DNA of 64,000 bases, taken from NCBI GenBank assembly GCA_002269645.1, contig NIVC01001545.1, positions 124,001 to 188,000 on the forward strand, written 5' to 3'. Under the pieces are notes generated by a model that did not search any database, was not told where the DNA came from, and saw only the letters and a program-made list of their open reading frames with translations. Positions 1 to 11,168 of the stretch are shown here, piece after piece. A program made the translations under genes and the position numbers. Each line of letters starts with the position of its first letter. Position 1 is the stretch's first letter. This stretch comes from Macrostomum lignano (lineage: Eukaryota).

Positions 1-189
1 TTATACATATTGCATATATTTTCTGCATGCACAAATCATGCAACCAATAGAAAATAGGCGAAAACAAAACAAAGAAGCTTTGGTAAAACCACACGACATC
101 ACTACATTCTTACAGCTCAACAACAATTTTGGACGTAATGTGTCTTACCAGATTAACTCTGATGTCCTTAACATAATTTTTCACTTCAG

Positions 190-372
190 CTTCGAATCTG
201 CACTGGTGACAAGTCAAGAAAGAAGCTTGTTTGTGCTTTTTCGCTTGACCAGTTGCGATTAAAAGGATGCGAGAAGCTCGGCATTGCTGATGCGGATAAT
301 GTCCGGATTGTTACCGAAGATGGCTTCGAAATCGATGACGACGATTTAATACCAGAAATTGCAAAGGAAGCT
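190..372 (+). CDS. CIDE-N-like domain exon
   Basis: After the acceptor tttttcacttcag (ends 189) the frame reads LRICTGDKSRKKLVCAFSLDQLRLKGCEKLGIADADNVRIVTEDGFEIDDDDLIPEI. This matches the CIDE-N pattern (xRVxxxDRSxKKxVxAxSLxELxxKxxEKL...VxLVxEEDGTEVDDEE). The exon's 3' end is uncertain. Confidence 0.55.
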
Positions 373-612
373 GTAGCAGCACCAAAGCATTCATCATTTA
401 TTATAATTATTTCTTATTCCATATTCCAATCGCATTAGTTCACCCATAGACACTTCTGTACTATTTGTTCGCCCCAGCGCTAAATAGCCCCCAACGCAAT
501 GACAAAATATACTAAAAAACCTCCCGCTTTTGCTAGCTATCTTCGAAGTGCCACTTATACTCGTAAGCTTGTAGCGGTAACCTAACACTACAAAGCAAAG
601 TTTGTTTACTTT

Positions 613-2019
613 TTGCTTCAAGGTGAGCTTTTGGACTGTGTATCAAAGCCATCAAATGAGATGCTTTTCATGCCAAGCACTCCTGCCAGACAGCAAGCCA
701 GTAGCTCCGAACTTGTAGGATCTACTGGAGTGAGCATGCCAGGTGGAGCAGCTGCTGGTAGCTTACCGTGGCCTGAGGTCTATACCCTGCCTCGGATGGG
801 CAAATTGAGTGACGCTCTTCGCGAACTTCGGCTCAATCCAGAAAAGGGTGCAGAGTTCAAAGTTAACCCAACATTTGTAAACCGGTTTCTAAAGTTCATT
901 ATTGAGGACGTCTTTCAACAGTTCAAGTCTGAAGACAATCCATATTTGTCTGGTGTTGAAATTCGCGATATCTGCTGTGCCATAATTGCAACCTATTCTG
1001 GCCTCCGGGACGATTCGCCTGAAGGGTTCCATTTTTGGCAAATTAAGATTTGCCATCGCTTGAAGGACCTACGCAGCAGAAAGCTTACATCATTCACAAG
1101 CCCAATTGTTTTGCAAATGTGTGGCAAGCATGGGAGGAAGCGCAAAGTAACTGCTGCTGCTGCTGCATGTGCTCCCACTAGCGACACTTCAGCTGATGAA
1201 TTGGGTGATGATGGTGTTGATGAACCCATTGACGACTCTGGTGATGATGAGCAACCACCATTTGAGCATCGACCAGTCGAGCCCGACTGTCGAAGTGTAA
1301 TGAATAAAAGTGTAGATTTTGAAAATGATGGCACCGTACCCCCTAGCCATGAACAGCGACGAGAGCAACTGAATTCTGATTTTGGCAGAGTCAGTATTTT
1401 GGAAGTGCTGGATGAAATGCATGTGCTATTTCCTGTTCGAATTTCACGATGCCAGGATAAAACTGTTGCCGAGGAAGTTGAACTTTACCGACTGCTAACT
1501 TTATTGCTTGTCATTCTTCAAGAGACTCATCTGATGATTGAGGAGTACAATAAAAGCAAGACAGACTATATTTGTGCATCAGGTCCAAATGAGATTCGGA
1601 CTAACATTACGGCAGCGCTGATGAAAATATACAACAATAGAAAACACCTAAAAAACTACAAGTTCTGCAAAAAATATGTGGATGCTGTCGACTCTGATGA
1701 TGAAAAATTGTGTGCTGCAGTCTGTCTTCTTCTTGGTCGGCTGAAGATTGATGCCAAGAAGATTTTTTGCGATGGTCTTCCCGTAAGAATTGTCGAGAAC
1801 AGCAAGTGGTCTGGCGTTTCTGTCAATGGTGCTACCCTGGTGTTTGATAATGCAGTGGATACCGTCATTGTCTTCATCATCATGTATGTTGCTTTCAACC
1901 TACAGCATGTCCCCTTCCTGGAACCATTCCTCGAGACGATTGAGGTTCTGGCCAAGCTGCGCAGCCGGTCTGCTGTTTCACGTAGCTCCACCAAGACTGT
2001 TATTGTATCTTTTCTGTAG
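613..2019 (+). CDS. Uncharacterised transposon-associated protein with a SAMD3-like C-terminus
   Basis: 468-codon ORF, probably entered by splicing at the acceptor ending at 622. An upstream exon 499-562 (ATG ... C|gtaagc) would join in frame. The C-terminus (VFIIMYVAFNLQHVPFLEPFLETIEVL) resembles the YVFNLxYP...TFEFIQK motif of SAMD3-like repeat-borne proteins. No DDE motif recognised. Confidence 0.55.
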   Translation: MLQGELLDCVSKPSNEMLFMPSTPARQQASSSELVGSTGVSMPGGAAAGSLPWPEVYTLPRMGKLSDALRELRLNPEKGAEFKVNPTFVNRFLKFIIEDVFQQFKSEDNPYLSGVEIRDICCAIIATYSGLRDDSPEGFHFWQIKICHRLKDLRSRKLTSFTSPIVLQMCGKHGRKRKVTAAAAACAPTSDTSADELGDDGVDEPIDDSGDDEQPPFEHRPVEPDCRSVMNKSVDFENDGTVPPSHEQRREQLNSDFGRVSILEVLDEMHVLFPVRISRCQDKTVAEEVELYRLLTLLLVILQETHLMIEEYNKSKTDYICASGPNEIRTNITAALMKIYNNRKHLKNYKFCKKYVDAVDSDDEKLCAAVCLLLGRLKIDAKKIFCDGLPVRIVENSKWSGVSVNGATLVFDNAVDTVIVFIIMYVAFNLQHVPFLEPFLETIEVLAKLRSRSAVSRSSTKTVIVSFL

Positions 2020-2744
2020 TTGCTGTTTCATTGCATTGCCTTCATTTTCAAAAACCGATTAGTTGAGCTACTATCTGACTTTCTTGTGCTCGAGTAGTTT
2101 TATCCCTAGATATAAGATATTCCTACAGGATAGATAATGGAATAATGGAAATGGTATAATGGAATTATGGAAACGGTGTATTTTTGCAGACACAATATCA
2201 TAGTTTATTTAGTCCATTTTGTGTTCCAAATGTTCGATTTGCATTTTTAGAAATGAGAATGCATTTTTGTACTTTGCAGTTTTTCTGTCTGTGAGATAAT
2301 AAAAATGAAGGGTGCACAAAACAAACATTTAATTCAATGGGTATCCATTTGCCACATTATAAAGTCTGTTTAAATCCTTGTTGGAATGTTGTCAAATTGC
2401 AGCCGGGGTGTTCGTGCACTTTTACTTTTTGTGTGTTCTATAATGTGGCTTTCTGTGGAATTTTGTCCAGTCTTCTATGCTATACAAGGTGTGTTTTGTT
2501 AACTTTTTTGCACATCAAAATGGAAACTATATGCCTCTGCTTTTCATGTATGCATGCTAGAGCTTTTTACTTTACTGTTGCTAGTGTAAAGACGTTTATA
2601 ATGTGTACATTATATTTTATATGCAACTCATTACTTGCAAGTGATGAGTTGTTAATATTACAGAAAACATTCTTGGCCTTTAGTGACTTCCTTTATTAAT
2701 TCATGAAATCGACCCTCCAAAAGGGCATGCAATGATTGCAATCC

Positions 2745-3080
2745 TTAAAGCTCGGACCCCTCTAAAATGGAGCTTTTAATTTGGATCAAAAATGCATATT
2801 TTTTAGAGAGAAATGGTCTTTCAGAGGTCCAAAAATTGACGCTTTGGGCCCTTCAATTTGGACATTTTTCTAACAATTTGGACCTTAAAAAGTGGACCCT
2901 TTTTTAAAATGGACATTTGGAGGTCCAAAAATATCGACACTGCGGACCTTGCAATTTGGACCTTATTCTAACAATTTGGACCTCAAAAATGGACCTCAAA
3001 AATTGGACCTTCAGAGGTCCAAAAATATCGACGCTGCAGACCTTACAATTTGGACCTTGTGTGGACTTTTTATTGGACCT
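2745..3080. repeat. Subterminal repeat cluster (about three ~90-100 bp blocks built from ggacc/ggtcc motifs)
   Basis: gaggtccaaaaa(t)...caatttggac blocks recur near 2824, 2920 and 3014. Confidence 0.75.
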
Positions 3081-3095
3081 TTTTGCACCACAGTG

Positions 3096-4071
3096 TAGTA
3101 AGCAATTTAGTGCATTTTGTGAGTTGTACAATGTGAAGCATACTTTCACAACTCCATATCACGCTCAAAGCAATGGTTTAGTTGAGAGGTTTAACAAACA
3201 GGTCAAATCAATAATCACATGCCTGATAAAAAAGGATCACAGCAATTGGGATTTATTAATTCCAGCCGCCTTAGTTGCAGTTAGAACTAGCGTTAATCAA
3301 ACTAGAGGCTATTCGCCGCATTTCTTATTGTTTGGCAGAGAGGCAGTTTTGCCCATAGACAGCGAACGTAAAGAGCCAAATCAATATGCTAATTATCCGA
3401 CTTATGTAGCTGAGCATGCCGAAAGATTAGAGAGTGCCAGAAAAATAGTTAAAGGAAAGTTTGAGAAAGTACATGACAAGAGACAGATAGACGCTGAGAA
3501 TCAGAAGAAACCAAAGGTTATTAAAGTAGGAAGCCTAGTGTTGATTAATAATCCACAATTTAACATTGACGAGTCTAACAAGTTTCATAGGAAAAAGAGA
3601 GCCACCTTTAGGGTGCTTAAGCAAATTTCAGAAGTAGTTTTTAAGATTCAGAAAGAAGAAGGCAAGTTAGTAGGCAACAAGTTATTAGTACACAGGGATA
3701 ACATGGCCCCAGTGCCAAACTCTGTGAAAGAGCCAATAGATAAGGGAAGCCAGGAGAGCGCTGAGACAGTAGAGATTATTAATAAGGAAAGCCAGACGAA
3801 AGCTAAGCATTCAAATAAAAGAAATCAGCAGGAGGTAGGACAGTCAGGCAAGGGAAGCCACGCCAGAAAGAATAAACTAGAAGAACCAGCTATCGAATTA
3901 GAAGAAGAAAGCTCTGATGAGGAACAACCGAAGTGGTTTTGCAAGATTCGTGAAAATGAACAATCGGTACATGAGAATGAATCAGAATTGGAAGCGGAGT
4001 CAGAAGCTGGGATAGAAAATAATATGCAACATGAGAGCCTAGTGGAAGAGGAGATGGAGAGGTCAGAGTGA
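3096..4071 (+). pseudogene. Ty3/Gypsy integrase, C-terminal part of the core plus an acidic tail (5'-truncated)
   Basis: SKQFSAFCELYNVKHTFTTPYHAQSNGLVERFNKQVK...WDLLIPAALVAVRTSVNQTRGYSPHFLLFGRE is a classic rve core with the catalytic E (NGLVER). The first ~60 codons of the 2917 ORF are repeat-derived. Confidence 0.88.
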
Positions 4072-4499
4072 GAGGGAGGAGAAGTAACGATCAATAACAG
4101 ACGCGAAACAGAACAGGGGGAAGGAGAAGGCGCGCATGCGGGCCACACTGAGAATGGGGGTACGCTAGACAAAGAGGGTAATAAAATCAAACCATATAAC
4201 ACACGCAGCCATACTAGGCCACCAGTCAAATGCCAGTGTTATCTAAAAAAACTTGCTACTATATGGAGACTATTAGAGAAACTAAACTTTTAGCCAGCCA
4301 ATAGGAATCCAGTTGCGGTTTAAATCAAGTGTTATTGTGCAACAGCCAATAAGATAATTTGTACAGATTAAAACAAGTTAAGTTTGTTGAAATAAACTCA
4401 ATGGGGGGGAAACAAATTATATAAAAGGGACACACGGGGCCAGGAGAGGGACCAGAATAGAATCCAGAGTTAATCGGAATTTAGACCAAAGCAGCTATA

Positions 4500-5749
4500 A
4501 TGGAGGATTTTAAAGCATTTGATCAGTTACTAGCAAGTTTCACAGTTGATCTGTGCCAGGACCAGGAAGAGGAGGCAGTAGATGCCCGAATTCTAGATGG
4601 ACCGAAAGAGGCAGTAAACGCCCAGGTAGACAGCCAGCAAGAGGTGGTAAACGCCTAGCACCCTAGCAGTAGTCAGGCAGCACACACTCAGATGAGTAAC
4701 AGCAGTCAGAGTGAGGCGGTGTACGCCCACCAAGTCAGCGGCAGCCAGCAGGAGGCGGTGTATGCCCAACATCCCAGCAGCAGCCAGCAGGAGGCGGTGT
4801 ACGCCCAACATCCTAGCGGCAGCCAGCAGGAGGCAGTGTACGCCCAGCATCCCAGCGGCAGCCAGCAGGAGGCGGTGTACGCCCAGCATCCCAGCACCAG
4901 ACAAGAGGCAGTGTACACCCACCATGTCAACAGCAGCCAACAAGAGGCGGTATACGTTTCAATGACCGAAGCAACTGCCTCGCCGTCAAGACCAACTCAG
5001 AGGCTAAAATCAATAGTAATCAAACCGGCTAAACAGCCTGTGCCGCATGAACCAGGGGCTCGGGCCGCCTTGCTTAAAAGACAGGCAGAAAAGCCGGTAG
5101 AAGTCAGCCAAGCCCTCATCAAGCGGCAGCCTGAAGGTGCTACAGCTACCCAACATCTCATTGCCAAGCATCCGCGGATGATCCTCCCTAAGCGAGAGCC
5201 GCGGCAACAGCAGCAACAGATCCCTTCGGCAACCAGGCTCTCCGTGCCGCAGGTTGCTGTGTCGTCAACCTCAGCAATGCCATGGCAGTGGATGGAAGCA
5301 GCTGCTGAAAGCATTCAACAGGAACTGCCCGCCGCGCCAGAATATCGGCGAATGGCGCGACCAGCCTATCAACATCTGCAAATGCAGTTGGGCGCCAACT
5401 TTTCGGCTGTGCTGTCATCCATCCCCAGGCATCGTCATGAATACTATAAGTACTTGATCCGCCAACTAAAAATTATTTATGCCATGTAGCCATGCTTCGC
5501 CTGGATGGGCGAGGGTTTATGCCGCAGGCCACAGAACCAAAAGATGTGCTTAAAACGCTGCGCTGAGAATTTAGTCATGAGCAGAGCATAGCTGCCTGGT
5601 GCAGGGCGGTTTGGTACTCACTACAAACTATTCATCAGGCCGGCTGGGCCTATCAGCAGTTGCAACTCAGATTCGAGGTGTGCTGGATGGCCGCCGATCT
5701 CGGCTGGCCAGTCGAGGACAGCCTACCGCTGGAGTTCAACATGAACTAA
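4500..5749 (+). pseudogene. Extra ORF downstream of Gypsy pol, degraded; contains ~6 copies of a 39-bp repeat (QQEAVYAQHPSGS)
   Basis: ATG at 4500 is in frame with the 4692-5489 ORF, with TAG at 4656 where the repeat has CAG/CAA. An apparent frameshift in an A-run near 5470 leads into a frame (one TGA) ending at TAA 5749. Confidence 0.5.
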
Positions 5750-5844
5750 ATAAGTAGACACTAATTTCTTTTCTGGCTAAGCTTTAGTAATACTTTTAGT
5801 ACATAACATTGCTCATGCCTTAGGTTACTATGTTAAATATCTAT

Positions 5845-6000
5845 GTATACTTTTGCTCACAAGCTCATTACTTATACTTTGCTCACATGCTCATTACTTA
5901 TACTTTGCTCACATGCTCATTACTTATACTTTTGCTCACATGCTCATTACTTATACTTTGCTCACATGCTCATTACTTATACTTTGCTCACATGCTTGTG
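5845..6000. repeat. 26-bp minisatellite (ctcattacttatactttgctcacatg), about 5 copies
   Basis: Direct inspection. Confidence 0.9.
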
Positions 6001-6231
6001 TACATTATTTATATACTCACATGCTATCATTGTTTAATCATGTTTATTATGTCTGTACTTTAGTTCTGTATTCCTGTTCATCATAACTATCTTTAACATG
6101 CCACTACATGCCAAATTTTCTTCCCATTTGTTTAAATTCCCTAAACAAATCAAATTATTTTGTTATAATTTTAGTAATTGTTAAAATACATCTCACCTTT
6201 CCCAAATTTTTCTATATAAAAGAAATCAGGT

Positions 6232-6848
6232 TGACACTAAAAAATATAACCTTGGCGCTCATTCTTAATATTTGCTTTTAATTATTCTTGCGAGAATCTT
6301 TTAGCGAAACAAATCTAAATTTGGCTAAGACTTATCTTGGTATTTCTTTCATAAGATAGAAAAACTAGACGTCGTAAAGACCCAAAACCAGGATTCTAGA
6401 TAAGGAAACCAAAGGTCGTGGAGACCCAAAACCAGGATTCTAGATAAGGAAACCAGAGGTCGTGGAGACCCAAACCCAGGATTCTAGATAGGGAAACCAG
6501 AGGTTGTGGAGACCCAAAACCAGGACTCTAGATATCACAAGGTTTTCTAAGAAATCGCATGAGTTAGGAATTCCTAGGAAAAATTCATAGTTTAGAATAT
6601 TTAAAGTAGACATTGAGTAATTTTAGACAGACAACTAGGTCTGCAGCACGGTGAAATAATAGGATAGGAGTTTCCCCTGGAACACAATAATTATTATTAA
6701 TAATTTACTATTTGTTCATTTATCAAAGCCCTTGACAGTTTATCTTGAGTTATTTGCCTGTGGGGCATTAAACAACCAAACTCATCTCATCTCCGAACGA
6801 GCTCTGAGATCTCAACGTTCCATAATACGAAATTATAGTGGTGGCAGC
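6232..6848 (+). mobile_element. Possible LTR with an internal 44-bp tandem repeat (6379-6533), followed by a PBS-like TGGTGGCAGC (6839-6848)
   Basis: About 3.5 copies of gacccaaaaccaggattctagataaggaaaccagaggtcgtgga. TGGTGGCAGC matches the first 10 nt of the tRNA-Leu PBS at 43350-43367. LTR boundaries are a guess. Confidence 0.3.
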
Positions 6849-8233
6849 ACTATTCTACTAATAGTAATCAGCTCAATAACTCAGAAACAGATTTATGGTG
6901 TCTAGACCATTGAGTCTACAAATTTGAATGACTGGGCCACTATACAACCGCTTTGCTACGATTATGACTACCCTCCCTCCAGACTTGAGGACCTGGCTAT
7001 TAGAGTAAAAGGAGAAGAAATTCATTTTGATTCGTCTGCGCAATTTTCTGGCTTTATTTGTGCGAACTCAATGCTGGTGGCAATCCAAACAGGAATCCAC
7101 CCCACCTCATTGGTGTTAGCAAATTTTCAAAGCTGCCCATTCCAAGAAAATTCTTCTCCATCCCCACCTAAATAACTACGGCTATGGGAATCTATTTTAT
7201 ATTATATAAAACAAAGTAGAAGGCCCCGTGCTTATGTCATGCCAAAATAAAATCATATTGAACTTTAAGTATCGGGCCTACACTATATTGATATAATTGT
7301 AAACTGAAAACTATGAGTATAACACTTAATAAGTATTAAGAAGGTAAAATGTAATTTATTTATACATTTAAAGTTGGGCCTATGAATTTAGTCAATGAAA
7401 ATATCTCTAATATTTTACTTACCTAAAGACGTAAAGTGATATAACTTAGCAATACTAGAAATATGAATACATGTAATATACAAAAATATTATGAAAAGTA
7501 ATCAAACTGTTTATATTAAGGCCTATTTATAAAGAAAAATAATGTAATCAATACTATTTTAAATATCTAAAAAAAGAATTTAAAAAACTCATAAAAATTA
7601 TTTTAAAGATTCATTTTAAGACTTATAGTTTATTAAAAGCTTAGCCAGCCTTAGACTAGACCTAGAGAGAGGCTATATAATGCATATCTTGATAACAATA
7701 GTGTCTAACTCAATTAGGATTAGTTAAACTAGGCTAACTAGGCCTACTTAGGCTTACCTACGTATTTAGCCAATATTTTCTTAATAAAATATAAATTTAT
7801 AATATTGGAATATTTATTCCAATTCTTATTTAGGTCTCTCTTTTTCTTGTTTTTTTCTAACTAATACAAGCCTATCCTAATAGCCTAGCTAGCCCCACTA
7901 GTCCAACCAACAATATATTATATACTAGGTAATTCTACTAGTAGTACTAATTCAAATTTTAATAGGCCTTCTGATATTATAGGCCTTGATTAGGCCTATT
8001 TGTTTTTAGACACTAAAAAATATTATTTATATTATATACTTCAGATGTGTGCATAGTATTCATATGCAAACAAATGAACAACCATGGATTTGGAATATGG
8101 AGTATCTGTGGTACTAATTAGTTTTTAAAAGTAGATAAATAGCTAAAACTCAAAAGTAGGAATGCTGCTCTTACTAAGACTAAGACACAAAGAGGATCGA
8201 GGATATGATGTATTAAAAATGATATGAAAAATG

Positions 8234-8519
8234 GGCAAAGTCCTACTTTGCTGCGTTAAATTATTTTGACCTCTTTTTTCAAAGAGGTCATGATGTCTAG
8301 GCCTATCCTGCTGATATATAGACCTCATGATGTCTAGCAATGACGTTAAATTATTTTGATGACAAAAAGTTAATATCACGCTAATTAGAGTTACAGTTAC
8401 ACTGGAGTAGAGTTAGGAGAGTAGTTATAAGGACGTAGCCCGGCCATAGTAGTCACCAGTTCGGCTGAAATGAAAAAAAGAGGTCAAAATAATTTAACGC
8501 AGCAAAGTAGGACTTTGCC
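8234..8519. mobile_element. MITE with ~47-bp TIRs and an 8-bp TSD (Merlin- or hAT-like)
   Basis: GGCAAAGTCCTACTTTGCTGCGTTAAATTATTTTGACCTCTTTTTT at 8234 is inverted at about 8473-8519. Flanked by GAAAAATG at 8226-8233 and 8520-8527. Confidence 0.85.
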
Positions 8520-10439
8520 GAAAAATGCAATGTAGAAATGCGCCTGCATAAAAAAATTATTTCTACTCCATTTCCTGCAGCTGCATCGCAGTCCAGTCCG
8601 TCATTACCATCATTGAAGCCCTTACGGCAAACAGGGCATTATGCAGCTCGCCGACGCCCGCGGGGCATTGTTCAGCTGCACGATGCAACCCCAAGGCGCG
8701 ACACGCCGACGCGCACCATTGAGGGCCGAGCGTTTCTACGAAAATTTACTTCCAAAAAGTGTGTACGTTTTAAATAAATTTGACGTCGCAATACCACTTT
8801 TCACTTTCTCTAGCTGGTCTATAATAATCAGCTACAATTTGCTGAGTTGACGTCATGTCTGGTTGACAAAATGCCGGTTGACGAAATGTTTGGTCACCGA
8901 AAAATTGTATTTCGGGATCGATTGATTTGTATCTGCTGCTGAATTTCTGCGAACATTCCAATGATTTAAACAATTAAATTTGCTTCACTATGTCTGGATC
9001 TTCTCAGCCAACATCTTCTGAAAGCAGCCGCATGAGAGTCCGGTAACCTTTTCATCGACTGCAAATGGAGGCTGCATGCACAGCAGCTGCAGCGGCGCGG
9101 TGGCCCGCCAGTTTCCATCCAGAGACTGGGCAATGCAGTGGGAACCACGAGTTTCTGCGAGTTCCATCACGTGACCGACTGTTACACCATCAAGACGCTG
9201 CATGGCTCCACATACATTCAGATCACTACGTACCGCCCACCCAAAAGCGGGATCCTCGCTTCTTCTTTATAAGGGCCCAGGCCGTGAACGATGAAACTCG
9301 GACGACATTTGGCCCGTGCGCTCACGGATTTCATCAAAAGGATTAAGGCCATACATAACCGGCGATACCGAGATTTGCGCAGCCGTTCAATTGGCTGCCC
9401 ACTGGACACTGCCACTTACCCGTGAAGATTTTGATCGAGTGCAGGTGATCAGTCACCCGAAAACTCCCACTTCCAGACACTTAAGCCTGGGAACAAAATG
9501 CAGTGATCACTTACTGTTGCGGGCTCCTCTTCTTTGTCGCGCGTGTTTGAAGAGCTCGTCTCCGTAGAGCTGTTCCTCCCGGGGTAGTCTTCTTGAAGTC
9601 TAAAATCGGCCGAAAGTGAGAGCGTAACAATTTAATCCGGCCGTCGACGTCGCAGTATTCCTCGAATGCGGAAATCAATATGGGCCTCAGATTCAGAAAT
9701 CAATATCAACGATGCGCCCTAATAACAAAGTCGACTTTCTATAACAATAACGAAGTCCTCCAAAAGGGGCGTCTTCTTCTAGAAATAACGGAATCGGAGT
9801 GGTGTGCTCCTATCGGTTTCTCTAGGATAATCCAAATCAATAAATCGATAATCTTCTAAGGGTATCGGAATCGGTCCGCAGATCCTATCCAATCCCTTAG
9901 GAAAATGGGAGGCCTCAAATTCAGTGAACTCAGTTTAAATCAACTGATCAATAACGGCCGGCAATAAAATCGCTCTCAGTAATCCAAATAACAAGGGCTC
10001 GAACAAAGGCTCCCCAATTGGTTTACTTCTCCCTCAGAGATGTAGCCTCGATTAGCTTCTGCAGTCAGCTCAAGGTGTTTTGAGGCTGCTCCGAGTCTGA
10101 GATTTTTAGCTCGGATTTTGGCTTGTATTTATAGGAAAATTTCGTGAAAAACTGATTATTTTTAGTAGGGGACAGTTTTGGGTTTTGGAAATTTGACCCC
10201 TATAGAATCAAATACCATATTCAGAGTTCTAAATTTAAATGTTGCAAAAGATGATCATTTGTTGCTTTCGTGGTCTTAAAAATAGAGTGTGACAATTTGG
10301 AATCTTTAGCTTTTGAGTTTTTCGAATTTTTACGTTACTACTTTTAGTAGTTTACTTTGTACTGTGTTTTGGAGATCTCTACACCCGCGCATGCAGAAAT
10401 TAAAGTAAGCCAGTTTGGTAGGCGGACCTGGAGGAGCAG

Positions 10440-11168
10440 GCGGCACGGCTGGCGATGCAGAGACTTTGGAGAGCTGGACGAGTTGCAGAGGCGGATGAAG
10501 CAAAGGCGGTACTGGCGACCTCCTATACATGTAGATGGCTTAGCAAACCTAATGGGAAGAGAGGTCATCCAGTCTGTCTGGGGCACGACGCGAAACACAG
10601 GACTTGTGTGGAGCGCGGTGAGAATGAGCTCACAGGCCGCAGGCGCCGAGGCGTTTCTCAATCTAGCGGCGAGCGAGCTGACGAACGGCTGGCGGAGTTT
10701 TTTGTGAACGCTCTGGCCCCACCGCAGCTGGAAGACATCCCCGATGTGTCGCTGCCAGGATAGAGTGATTTCAACGCTTGACCTATCACCGTTTGACCGA
10801 GTTGCTAGAGGCGGTGAGCCGCTCTGCAGGAGGCAAGGCTACGGACAATATTCCCGGTGAGGCTCTGCGGATCAGGCAAGTGGCCGAAGGGGTGATGGTG
10901 AACACCATGCATGAACAGGGCTCTGGACGGAGACCCCGTTCCTGTTGAGTGGACGACCACCTACTGGTTGCGATCCCCAAAAAGCCAGGCAGCACGCGGA
11001 AGGAAGAGTACCGAGGCTTCTCCCTGACTTCCTGCGCTGCTAATAAGCTCTTCAACAAGCTGAGCCTACTGAAGCGGTTACAGCAAATGCTGGACCCATA
11101 CTAGGCTCTGGCCTGGCCACGTCGGGGCGTCGCCACCACCCAGATCCTCACCCTCCGACGTGTCATAG
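10440..11168 (+). pseudogene. Decayed RTE-like LINE ORF fragment (between endonuclease and RT)
   Basis: Frameshifted segments ELTGRRRR...ERLAEFF, GGKA..NIPGEALRI, EWTT, IPKKPGSTRKEEYRGFSLTSCAA.KLFNK and TQILTLRRVI align by eye to the LINE at 30257-34590. Confidence 0.85.

Larger units (their letters stand above)
1..3095 (+). mobile_element. Right arm of a putative CMC/CACTA(EnSpm)-like DNA transposon (left end outside the window)
   Basis: Dense subterminal GGACC/GGTCC repeats (about 2745-3080) end at ...gcaccacagtg (3095; reverse complement CACTGTGG). Gypsy integrase sequence starts abruptly right after. Confidence 0.5.

Noticed and set aside
2917-3095. N-terminal 60 aa of the 384-aa ORF
   Set aside because: It is subterminal repeat DNA that happens to be in frame with the integrase fragment.
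8988-9100. RING-H2-like fragment (CMQPPFAVDEKVTGLSCGCF)
   Set aside because: The His and Cys ligands are missing, and several indels would have to be assumed.
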